Source: Podarcis muralis (lineage: Eukaryota). Taken from it: a stretch of 64,000 nt of DNA. The DNA lies in NCBI RefSeq assembly GCF_964188315.1, contig NC_135664.1, forward strand, positions 35,712,001 through 35,776,000, in the 5' to 3' direction. The translations under genes were made by a program, and so were the position numbers. The notes beneath the pieces were generated by a model. The model did not search any database. It was given only the letters and a program-made list of their open reading frames with translations, and was not told the DNA's origin. Below are positions 1 through 10,859 of this stretch, one piece after another (position 1 is the stretch's first letter; every line of letters starts with the position of its first letter).

Positions 1-1230
1 TCATCTGTTTTATATACAACTTGTTTTTAGCCGCGAGGGTATTTTTTAAACACCTGCCCACCTCTTAACAAGGGTTTTTTTTACCAATTCTTATCTGACA
101 CTGAGTAAAGGCTTTCTTAGGGCTTCGTATGTTTCGAGCCTTTTCAGTGGGGGGGAAAAAGAGAACATTTCCTATGGTGCTGTCTCACTGCCTTAAAACC
201 GATTTCTAGAACAATTTTACAGTTGGTTTAATTTGTTAAACCATTGATTATTTACACTGTTTTCTTTCTTCATTTACTAACGAGAGAGCATCAGTGAACA
301 CAGTAGCCTCATCTCTGTATATCATGTTTTTTAACGAAGTGGCTAGAAGAACGATCTATTGATATAGATATATAGATAGATTATATATATATATATATAG
401 TATTTTTTATCTTGTGTGAATAGATTACCATCTAAAATATTCAAGTGACCCAGAAGCCACTCCTAATAATAAACAATGATTAATAACAAAACCTGAGACA
501 GTTGGCTTAAGTCCATTTGGTTCTATGAAAAAGAGCTTATTAAAAGAGAGGTGTTTTGGGGAAAATCTTATCCAGCAGAGCTGGGTGCACTTGGTGCAGC
601 ATGAGCACAAATATTTCTTTATTCTTTTCCCTTCCTCTTCATTTCCCCCCCCTAGTTTGAAGCATGCTGTTTTGATTGCAATTGTTGTACATGAAGAAAT
701 TCAGCATTATGACACAGTGATTGTCCACTGTGGTTGAGAGAAAAGTTTATACTGTAAAGGGGGAGGGGGGTTGGTTTTGCACAGTCTACTGGGAGGGTCT
801 TGTAATATTAAAAAAAAAAGCCTTGCACAAATGAAAGCAAACAACAGTGACAGCAACAACAAAAATAAGAAACTGTATTTTATCTTGTTGGTGTTAAGAG
901 ATGTTTCATTTACTGAAATTACCTGTATGTTGCAAAAAAAATAAAAAATTTAAAAATATCCAGAGCGCAAACCATACAATCTGGAGGTTTTTAAAAATAT
1001 ATATATTTAAAAACAATGGTGTGTTTGTCCTGTATTTAGAATTGTTATGACTATGCAGGAGCTATCCATGCTAGAGTGAGCATGTTTCAATCTACATTAT
1101 AAAAGCCAATACATCTTAGGCAAATACAAAAATGTTGTATATCCTGGCAGACTACACCAGTTTGAATGAAAACTGATCAGAGTAATTGGATATGCCGATT
1201 CAACTAAATAAAAGTAATAGAAGGGCTATG
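1..1230 (+). other. Probable distal 3' UTR of an upstream + strand gene (gene not identified)
   Basis: Unique AU-rich sequence with no recognisable TE. Seed matches: TGGTGCT (miR-29, 175-181), CACTGCC (miR-34, 186-192), TGCCTTA (miR-124, 189-195), TTTGCACA (miR-19 8mer, 776-783), TTGCACA (823-829). AATAAA at 940-945 and 1207-1212. Confidence 0.55.
940..945 (+). terminator. Candidate polyadenylation signal AATAAA (alternative at 1207-1212)
   Basis: Canonical hexamer at the end of the UTR-like block; GT-rich tract ggtgtgtttgtcctgt near 1018-1033 downstream. Confidence 0.35.
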
Positions 1231-1761
1231 GCATTGTGTAGACATGCACTTGTATACTTAGAGCCACAGTCCTGAAATTGCCAACTCTGAGCACATCACG
1301 TTCACTGCAATAGGATGCTAGTGGTTGCTTTCCAGATCCAGCTAGCCAGTGAGGACCTTCAGGACATGTAACTGGTGCTACAAACTCCTGTGGCCCATCT
1401 ACTTTATAAAACAAAGTCAAGGAAATCAGTGTAGTTTTCCTTGCTGCAGCACTGAAGCTACAGGTCCCCTGCATGGTGCTATTGCCCTAATAAATAAAAC
1501 TCTGATATTATGCACAAAGAATGTAGTCTGAAGTCAGGCACCAATCCTAGATTACTTTCTCATATTGTTAAATGACATGCCACTCTCTGGCAGATGACTA
1601 AAACAACAACTGCTCTTTATGATATATGTGGTCTGAAACAACATATAAGCAAACCCATGAATTCCTGCCATTTTGACGCACACACACAAAAATACCTGTA
1701 TGTATGTACCACATAATACAAATTTCCCTGCAATACATCTCAATGAGTCCACCTAGTTTAC

Positions 1762-1902
1762 NNNNNNNNNNNNNNNNNNNNNNNNNNNNNNNNNNNNNNN
1801 NNNNNNNNNNNNNNNNNNNNNNNNNNNNNNNNNNNNNNNNNNNNNNNNNNNNNNNNNNNNNNNNNNNNNNNNNNNNNNNNNNNNNNNNNNNNNNNNNNNN
1901 NN
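1762..1902. other. Assembly gap (141 N)
   Basis: Run of N in the sequence. Confidence 0.99.
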
Positions 1903-2094
1903 AAGTATTTGGTGTCATCAGACTTAACTGGATGATGTATTTTCTATTGATTTGTTGTTCTTCTAGCTTGTAAACCAGCTTGCATATATTTTTTGCAAGT
2001 GTGCACACTGTATCTGTCTAAATTATTACTTTGCCATTAAAGTGGAATTATTTATTGACAACTGAGTCTGTTGTCTTTTGCACATTGCAATGTT

Positions 2095-2290
2095 ACTTTC
2101 AATAATATATGCATTTTTGTTCACACTAGTTGGTGCATTTATGTACACATTTTTTTAGTCTGACAACTGCATCACAAAAATTGTGGAAATGTGAATTTCA
2201 AAGGATCAGTTGTGTTTCAGTTTACATTGTTTCCGGCAGAGTGAATTAGGTAGGTTCACATTAAAATATGAACCAAACCAAATTGTTCCT
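2095..2290 (+). mobile_element. Decayed partial copy of the TAGGGATG-ended non-autonomous DNA element family (see 45627-46028)
   Basis: aaatgtgaatttcaaaggatcagttgtgtttcagtt...gaattaggtaggttcacattaaaatatgaacc aligns by eye with 45915-46010. Confidence 0.55.
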
Positions 2291-3084
2291 ACTATTTGTA
2301 CCTCCATGAACCATTTTCACATGCGGAAGCCTCAAATATGTCACTATGTAGGCCCTACATATTGTATGATACCTAACTGTAGTATCCAGAAAGCTCCTAA
2401 CATGTTAAGCGCTTCCACTTCACCAAATTGTAGGCTGCTTTTGGTACTTGGATGACTTAAATTCAAAGACAGGGGCGAAAAGGCAGAACTGTTGCATTAA
2501 GCAAAATATAAAACCCTCGTGGGAAAAGTAATGTTTGCTGAAAAATGGGGAATACTCACATTTTGGGTGTGGTGGGGGAAGCATGTCAGTATTAAAGCAA
2601 ACGAAAATGGCATAAGCAGAATGAAACACATTTATATAAGCTTCTGTTTTTACATATGCTATGAAAGTCATTCTATTAAAAAAGGCATTACTACGGTATG
2701 GATGTACTTCCTCAAATAATTTCTAAATGGTAGTATCATTCAGAATGTGCTTGATTGAATCTCTTCACCTAATTATAGTTTGCAGGGCAGAATGGGAAAA
2801 ACAATAAATCTGCATGCTCCTACGTCTATATTCAATTATCAATTTATTACAGACATCATTGTTTTTAAAGTGAGTTTCCATACTATTTTGGCTCTTCTGA
2901 TTGTTTGCAAAACCAGCTTTGACATTCTGGTACCATGATACAGTAGCCAAGACTACTGTTAGAAGAAATCTAGATAAATTAGGAGGACAGGCATAAGAAA
3001 GAACACATAATAGCTCTGTTAGATACAAGTAGCTAAACTACAACATTCTATTAACTGTTAATGTTTTCTTTTTAAGAACCTAGT

Positions 3085-3377
3085 AGGTGGTGTCTAAACC
3101 ATGTGTCAGCGTGTGCGGCCGCAATTTCTGGTGTCTGCATTTGTGCAGACACAATTTCCAGTGTCTACGCCTGCACAGATGTGATTTCAGCATCTGAGCA
3201 TGCACAGACACAATTTCCGGCGCTGCGGAAGCAAGTCCCTGCACCACGCTGCGCCAGTTTAGCGCAGCTCACAGGGACTCACTGAGCGGGCGGCTCGGTT
3301 CAGGGGTGGCTCATGGGCCAGCTAAACGACCCCCGAGGGCTGCTTGTGGCCCATGGGCATTAGGTTGCCTACCCCTG
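3085..3377. mobile_element. hAT (Charlie-like) MITE with internal ~30-bp tandem repeat
   Basis: Right end aggttgcctacccctg (reverse complement CAGGGGTAGGCAACCT); degenerate left end. About 3.5 copies of a ~30-bp unit caatttcyrgtgtct...gcagaca at 3122-3230. Confidence 0.55.
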
Positions 3378-3574
3378 ACATAGACTCTAATGCTATATTT
3401 TGTAAAAATGCTTTTTCAGCATCAAGAGAATAACTGCAACTGAACAGTTATTTTGCTATATAAAGCAACCATCTTGGATCAGCCTTGAATTATCTTCTGC
3501 TCCCTGCCTTTGGTGAATAAAGCCCACCTGATCTGGGTATACTGATGTTTCTATCGCAGTCTGAAATCTATTAG

Positions 3575-4075
3575 CAGTGGCGTAGCAAGGTCAGGTGGTA
3601 CCCGGTGCGGAAAATTTCTTGTCAACCCCCCCCCCCCCACATTTAAATTTAGGTAGACTCCCAAGAGACTGTGATCTACTCACAATATAAAAAGACTGGC
3701 TGTGATCTACCCATTATCATTGCCAGGAGTTCTTGAGCTTTTTAAAGGGGAGCGTTGGAAAAAGTTGTTCGGGGGGGTTGCAGGGTTTCGGTCCTGAGTT
3801 GAGAGAGCTTCTGCTTCCCTCCTTCCCTCCACCCTCCATTTGTTTACTCATCTGCCTCCTTCCCATCCTCTCCCTGCCTGCTGCCTCCTGCCTGCCTGCC
3901 TGCCTCTTCTCGGAGTACGGGACTGTCAAAATGAAGTGGTGAAAAGCGGTGCAACTACCCCCTTTCCCCCAATGGCTCAGGGTAGGTAGGAGTCACAGAC
4001 GGCCAACACACCGAATGTCACCCCCCCTCGGTGACTACACACGGGGCAGTCCGTGCCCACCTTGCTCCGCCCCTG
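3575..4075. mobile_element. hAT-type MITE, CAGTGGCGTAGC-ended family
   Basis: Left end CAGTGGCGTAGCAAGGT; right end reverse-complements to CAGGGGCGGAGCAAGGT. 8-bp TSD tctattag (3567-3574) / tctatgag (4076-4083), 7/8 match. Confidence 0.85.
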
Positions 4076-5987
4076 TCTATGAGCAAGGAATGTTGTTAGC
4101 ATTGCGGCAGCTACATTCATTAAGGAGGTTGGGCTAAAATTTGCACAACAAGCATGGACTTTACCAAGCTTGGGAATAACAGAGGTATGAATACCATGCA
4201 ATGAAGATGGCAGGATACCCGATCCAAAAGCATTTCAATAAAAGATAAGCAACCCATTAGTGTAGCCAGCAGAGTGCAGAGGGGAACAGTTGCCCACATA
4301 AATCAAGTAAATAAATAAAAATGCTTAACTGACCAATTTCATTGCAGATAACTCAGTTCTCTCCCTGCCCCCAGCTCTCCCCAAATAAATCCTGACTACA
4401 CCCATGCAGTAACCTAAGGAGCAAGGAGTCTGAATATGTCTTATACCATTCAGTAAGAAAACCATCTGGCTCCAAGAGCTTTCCGAGCCCTCATACTATC
4501 AATGACATTCTTTATTTCTTCCATCTGCAAAGGCTTTGCAAGAAATACCCATAGTTGTAAATCTAAGGGTAGAAGAGCCAACTGTGAAAAGAACATTTTA
4601 AATTCACACTCCATAGGATCCTTTTATTTCCTATACAAGGTAATATAGTTGTTTTGATACTCTAAATCTATTCCTTTCAACAATGTATTTACATTGTTGG
4701 ATCCCTCCTTTATCAGTGAGCTATAATTCAAGCTTTTGGGGAAGTCATGCCCATAGATATGCCACAATTAAGTGAAATTCATAAAAATCATAAATATAGA
4801 AGCAAAAACTCAGTGTCCCACTTCTCAGTATTCTAGAACATAACCCTACAGCAATGCACAATTGTGGAAATCACACAAAGACAGTATTCAACGACCTGTG
4901 CTAAACATCACTACTAAAACCACCAAAATAACTATAGTATATTTGGAACAAGAATGCACTTTGAGCTGTGAACGAGGCATGTTAGACTGTTTGTGTCGGT
5001 TTAAAAAGAAGTCAAAGGGGAAACGAGGAGAATGTAAGCAATTAATGAAACAGGAAGAATGGAATGTGATGCAGATTCTGTGAAAAAAACTTGCACATCT
5101 GAGGAGCAGCAACCTCCCAGTAAACAGACTGGAAGCATCTCATGTGTCACCTGAGGCACTTCCCGCAAATTCACTTCAAATTTCACTTTAGGTGAAATTT
5201 TGGTGGCAACTGTAGCCTACAAAGGAGAGGACAATAAGCCCTTCTGCAGCCAAGAAGAGACCATTGGATAGCAGCTCTGTGATGGCCAGTAACACGTGGA
5301 TTATTAATGGTATGCTATGAGTTGTGCACTCTCTCTCTACCATTGAACTGGAAGTACTCAGAAGTTCTAACAGTGCTGAAGACCAGCAGTTAAGTAGTTG
5401 ATGGCTGTCCTCAGGTGGTATCAGGTGCACTAACAGAGCCAAGCACACTCACCACCATGCCCACACTGTGCCCAAGTCCCTGCCGCTGCTTCCTCTCTGT
5501 AACCACTAGAAATGCTCGGGGTGGGGAACCCAGGAACCTGAAGTGCTCCTGAAGTGCACACAGCACTGACCTCTTGTTAAATTCAGCCAGCTGAGGGAAC
5601 TGAGCCTGGCCCAGCAAACCCAGGCCAAGCAGCTTCACCTTGGCTTTCCTCCTTCCCTACTCTATAAGACTGGGGAGGTGACCTACAGGGACTTGTTCCA
5701 AGCATGCAGACAAATCATACCTTCTAGTTTGATTTAATCCCAAGCACATGTTGAAGCCAATATATGAATATGAGCTCAGTCAGAGGCCTCCCCATTGCAA
5801 TCATTGGAACTGCAAACAGTTCTTTGCCTTCTGTAAATGTCTTCTACATATCCTCCAACATTTCTCCAATGGAAATAGGGATGTCCCATTCCATAATGAT
5901 AACGTTAATATTTATACCCCACACATCTTACTGGGTTGCCCCAGCCACTCTGGGCAGCTTCCAACATATATAAAAGCATAATTAAAC

Positions 5988-6903
5988 GCCCTACTAAACA
6001 TCTTCCAAGATAACAATGCCTACTCACATCGTAAGCATAGGCCAATGGTATCAAATAGTATGGGAAACAGCCTTATTAGAAAAACTAACCAATAAACTGA
6101 AACTGACACGGGGACAAATAGAAAAAGACGCCTTCACCCCAGTATGGCTCCCCTTTATTACATACACAGCCCAACAAGACAACAAGAATCTGCTGACAGC
6201 ATACAAATCAATCTGGCTAACTTAATTCAAAAATACACACTCACACCCCGCTCTCACACAAAAACAATTCTTACTGCAGCCAACCAAAGACAACCAACCA
6301 CACCTTAAGCTACCACCAACCTCTCTTACCACCATGGAAATACAACAAGCAAATAGTAAGAGAACCCATATAAGTAACGCTGACACAAACTCCCCCCCCC
6401 CACTAAGTAGAAGAATGGAAGGATAACCACCCACCCCACCCCCACTTACCATTCCCCCCACCCTCTCTTTCCCCTCTCCCCCCCCCCCACAACAAACACT
6501 CTGTGAGGTGAGTGGGGCTGAGAGACTTCAGAGAAGTGTGACTGGCCCAAGGTCACCCAGCAGCTGCATGTGGAGGAGCGGAGACGCGAACCCGGTTCCC
6601 CAGATTACGAGACTACCGCTCTTAACCACTACACCACACTGGCTCTCTTCTCTTTCCCCTCTTTTCTTCCTAACAAAAAGAAAAACTCTGTTCTACCCTG
6701 TTTCCCCTTTGTTTAAACCAATTCATGAACTAAGAACTTATACATTGACCACTAATAATGAACCCTATGTTGTGGATATCACTCCACATTTATAGTGTTA
6801 TTTTTGTGATATACAAATGACAAGAGAAAACTTGGTATACTTATTTGTATAACATTCGTGTTTATAAAACCCAATAAAAAGTTGTTTTTTAAAAAACTCC
6901 AAC
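5988..6903 (+). mobile_element. 5'-truncated L1-clade LINE (ORF2 C-terminus plus 3' UTR)
   Basis: ORF 6016-6225 (...SIGQWYQIVWETALLEKLTNKL...FTPVWLPF...) resembles L1 ORF2 C-termini. ccaataaaaa and an A-rich end near 6871-6896. cataattaaac duplicated at 5977-5987 and 6904-6914 (likely TSD). Confidence 0.7.
6478..6647 (-). mobile_element. MIR/Ther1-derived tRNA SINE (Squam3-like), inserted in the L1 3' UTR
   Basis: Minus strand GAGAGCCAGTGTGGTGTAGTGGTTAAGAGC...CCGGGTTCG...GGGTGACCTTGGGCCAGTCAC. Putative TSD tctctttcccctct at 6464-6477 and 6649-6662. Confidence 0.8.
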
Positions 6904-7991
6904 CATAATTAAACATTAAAAAAGCCCTTCTCTATACAAGATTATCTTCAGACAGCTCAGGGGTTGGATGACTCCATACCTTCCAACATTTCTCCAATGA
7001 AAATAGGGACATCCTAAGGAAAAACAGGTCATTCTGGGATCAAATGAGAAACCAGGTTATCTTCTCTAAATCAGGGACGTCCCTGGAAAATAAGAAGTAT
7101 GTGGAGGGTCTGCTTCTACCAATCAAAAGCTGCAGTTGGGATCGCCTCACAGCCAATGTGTGTATCCTGTTTCGCAAGCCAGAGCTATAGTGACTCTCAT
7201 GAAATAATGTATCTGTTGCTTATTACTCCTCATGCCTTTCTTAGGCATTACAGTACCAAATTTAATTGCCAAATTGTGTTTGTGTGACTATGTGTCAACA
7301 CTGTCGCTTATTTGACTTTGTCTGGATGTGTGACTGATGACTCCCTGGCCTGCAATGACAGATATTGGAGGTTCTGGAGAATGATAGTCTATTTCTCACA
7401 AAACAGTTGTGTTGTCGTTTCTGGCTCTCAAAACTGCTTCTTATGCCATAATTAAATATACATAGTTCCTTAGAGGGTGGCTTATTTTCCTTGATAACTG
7501 AATAATATCATTCAAATTAAATGTTGCTACCATGAAGTTAAGTTTATGCTGCAGCTATGAATGCACTTTCACCATGCAAATGGGTTTCTGTATAATAATA
7601 CCACCAGCAGAAAATGGAATCTGTCATAAAAGATAAATTATGCAAGGAGTGGACCATGTGGCCTGTTTGCTGCATTAAATTGCTTTTTGTTTGTTCCTCA
7701 TTCAACTACATTCTTAAATAAACATTGATAAATTGTACTGAGTGATCACATTGTTACCAAGAGCAACCTTTTACCAGCACTCTGGTTTATTAAACAACAT
7801 AATATTTAGTTTGCCTTATGGCAGTATGCGTCCTTCATCTTTAATGTTTTATTCAATTAGATATTATTTGTGGAGGAATGTATTCTTGCATAATTTAATG
7901 AAAAAAGTAATATATTTTTTTATTTAAAAAACCCCCACCTGTAAACACAATACAAGAATGAGAAATATGGCCATATGGCTTGAGATAGTGC

Positions 7992-8339
7992 ATTGGGGTG
8001 GGGAAATATTCAGCCTGAAAGCTGCATTTCCTTTTTAATCATGCTTCAAGGGCCACCACATGCCAGCAGTGGACAGGATTAGAGGCAGAATGTGTTCAGT
8101 GGGCTATACACACTCAAATACCCCTCTCTGCCCTCCCTACAGGCAAACAAGAGGGATTCTCAGAGTTCAAGGGCATATTCCAGCTAGGCAAAAAAATATC
8201 TTATGCTGCAAAACAAAGTGAGTGAGGGATGCGGCCTACAAAACTGGAGTGTGACGGGGGGGGGGGGGGGCTCTGAGGGCCAAGTAGGGTGGCCTGAAAG
8301 GCCATGTTTGGCCTCAGAAACTGAGATTCCCCACCATTG
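7992..8339. mobile_element. Decayed hAT-type MITE
   Basis: Ends ggggtggggaaat...gagattccccacc resemble the CAGGGRTGGGGAA TIR family; TSD not clear. Confidence 0.4.
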
Positions 8340-8342
8340 TGG

Positions 8343-8692
8343 CATTATTTCCTCTGATGAAACTAGGGATGTCCTATTATTATTTTATTTGTACCCCACC
8401 CATATGACTGGGTTGCCCCAACCACTCTAGGCAGCTTCCAGCATATATAAAAACATATCAAAACATTAAACATTAATAAACTTCCCTATACAGAGCTGCC
8501 TTCATATGTCTTCTAAAAGTTACATAGCTACTTGGCTCAGGGGTCGCATAACTCCATACCCTCCAAAATGTCACCAAGGAAAATAAGGACGTTCTAGGGA
8601 AAAGTGGGACATTCTAGGGTCAAATCAGAAACCGGAGCAGCTTCTGTGAATCTGGGGCTGTGCCTGGAAAATTGGGGTGCTTGGAGGGTCTG
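8343..8692. mobile_element. Second, uninterrupted copy of the composite MITE/L2-tail repeat
   Basis: Same order of blocks as 5848-7112 without the L1 insert; ends ttggagggtctg. Confidence 0.65.
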
Positions 8693-9329
8693 CTGTGGTA
8701 GTTTGGCCACAATTTTGGCTACACATGGCAATAATCTCCCTGCAATCCAGCAAAGCTCCTAAACAGGCACTAACACGAGCTGTAAGAAAGTTATTCATTA
8801 GAATAAACTGGTTCTGAAAATTACCTATTCAAGATGACTACTGCAGGACTGATTGTTTCTTCCATCCATGCCACTGTTGCTGTTTGTCACGTTTTGCAGG
8901 AAAAATATTTGTCAGTCTATTCAATGTACATAAATCTTTGTCAAGATGTTTTTGTAGCCAGTTGTTTTTACAATGTTAATTGATTCTATTATGTACACCA
9001 ACCAAATTTGCATTTAAAGTATTTATTAGTTTTAATTGCTTTCAGGAAAACAATTGCAATCCTTGCAGGAGAAAAGGCCCAGAATTAAAAGTTGCAGAAG
9101 CTAATCTATATTTTAACTCTCTGCTTTCATACAGGGGTGGGTGGATCAGTTTGTTTCTGGCCTACGACAATGTTTGATATGCCCATTCCTAAATTCATTC
9201 CATTATTTCTACATCAGTCTGTGGATTTTATTTTTAAAAGCTGCATGAAAGCTTGCATTATTTTTCTGACATTTTATTCTAGCATGCATTTTAATTTAAA
9301 ATGCATGGGAACAGTTTGCTTAAAAAATT

Positions 9330-9728
9330 GTGTTCTCCCACATATGCCCACTCATCTGCTATGATCTGCAGAAGTGCCACACGATGTTCATTCCACACTT
9401 GCAAGGAATAAATACTTTAGTATGGCAGCAGTTATATTGTGGAACTCCTTGCCCATTGCCATTAGGCAGGCCCCTTAACTGTACTGCTAAAACCCATTTT
9501 GTTTCAGCAACCCTACCCAGATATGTAAAGTTGACATTTTGATATGCAATTTTATTTTAAAATGCATATTTTTCAGCTGCTGATTTTATTCATATCTTGA
9601 TTTTTTGGAAAATCAGTTTGTTTTTAACTTCTGACCTTTATTTTATAGTTTATGCAAGCTGCTTAGAGGTTTACTGGTATATGATTAGGTGGTGTGCAAC
9701 TCTGTTAAATATAAATAAACAATAAATA
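9330..9728 (+). mobile_element. Old L2 LINE 3' remnant
   Basis: tgtggaactccttgccc...aggcaggccc..., AT-rich 3' UTR, gcaagctgcttagagg...aaataaacaataaat tail; same layout as 56372-56890. Confidence 0.5.
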
Positions 9729-10336
9729 TGTTTCTGAGCCAAGAAGTGCATCTCATAATTCAGAGAAGTGTGAAGATGGAAGATTATGTCCAAATCACGT
9801 ACTTGTCATGTAAATACAAATCAGGTTAATTTGCTTAAAGATGTGAACAACAAAACCCTCACATTACCCACAGCTTGATAGCCTCCACTTTAACTTGATG
9901 TACACACACAGCACTGATCTTGTTACTTGAAAATCCTCAGTTTTGCATTCTTCAGGCATTTCCAGTGCAAAGATCAAGAAAGGAGCTCTTTCTCTTCTAA
10001 GGATCTAAGTTACATTTAAGTTCTGTGACTATTTTAATAGCAGAGCTGTACATAGCAATATTTTTAGCTCACAGCATGGAATCTGGACCTTTGGCTTACC
10101 TTCTGGATTAAAAAAAAATGTTTCTAGTTCTCAGACTACAAATAAATGTTTTAAAATACCGTTTTTCTCTCACCATTCTCAAAGTGGTGAGAACTTAATT
10201 CCAAGGTACAGTACTTACCTAGATTTAGTTTTCTTTGGAAGAAGTCCTTGAAGACTCACTGTGTTTTATAATGTTGAGTTTAGGTACAAAGATACAGACT
10301 GACCATACAGATGGAGACATGGCTAAAACAAATCCA

Positions 10337-10681
10337 CAGCCCCACTTTCAGAAAGACTGGCGCTGTTTGTTTCCTTTAAGGGGAGAGGACTCCCTGGGCC
10401 ATAAGGTCTCCCCTTCCTCCATCACCAGGTGATTTCCCAAACCCATCCCTCTGGCATGCTTAACCCTGGGTAAAACTCCACCAGGGAAGGTCAACCAAAC
10501 ACTCCATCAGGGGGGCCCTGACATACACAGCCTTCAAAGGGCATTTCCTATAGTAGACGTCAGCAGAGCAGCTAATTGGGCATCGCTGCACATCTTTTCC
10601 AAACATCACAAATTGGACACATGTGCTTCAGCTGATGTCAACTTTAGGATGACGGTGTGGCAGATGGTGGGACAGCCATGA
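10337..10681 (+). mobile_element. Degenerate DIRS-type retrotransposon tyrosine recombinase C-terminal fragment
   Basis: Frameshifted translation: ...LGHKVSPSSITR*F...LGKTPPGK...HSIRGALTYTAFKG / FPIVDVSRAANWASLHIFSKHHKLDTCASADVNFRMTVWQMV. This matches the DIRS YR pattern HSxR...DxxRAAxWxSxxxFxKHYxLD. HSIR codons at 10500-10511. Confidence 0.8.
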
Positions 10682-10859
10682 TTCTTCTCTGGACCCACCA
10701 ACTCAATGAAGTTCTGGTAAATCCCAGCATTAGCGCTACTCTCCAGGAGTCACTGGGGAATGAATTTTTTTCCCCAGGGGCTCCTAGATGGCTGGATCCA
10801 CCCCTCTAGGGCAGTTACTCATGGCTGGAGAGGTAGATTGGATCACTCAGCTGGGAATA

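Larger units (their letters stand above)
5848..7112. mobile_element. Composite MITE-like repeat carrying an antisense L2 3' tail, interrupted by an L1 fragment
   Basis: Block cataYcYtccaacatttctccaatgRaaatagggaYRtcc occurs twice (~5846-5888 and ~6976-7015). L2 tail motif tttataccccac...ctgggttgccccagccactctgggcagc lies between them. Ends ggagggtctg. Collinear with 8343-8692. Confidence 0.65.

Noticed and set aside
1598-2008. ORFs of 136 aa and 89 aa
   Set aside because: Artefacts of translating through the N gap.
3122-3230. Spaced repeats superficially like a CRISPR array (also 56757-56822)
   Set aside because: Vertebrate DNA; units are tandem with no unique spacers, and there are no cas genes.
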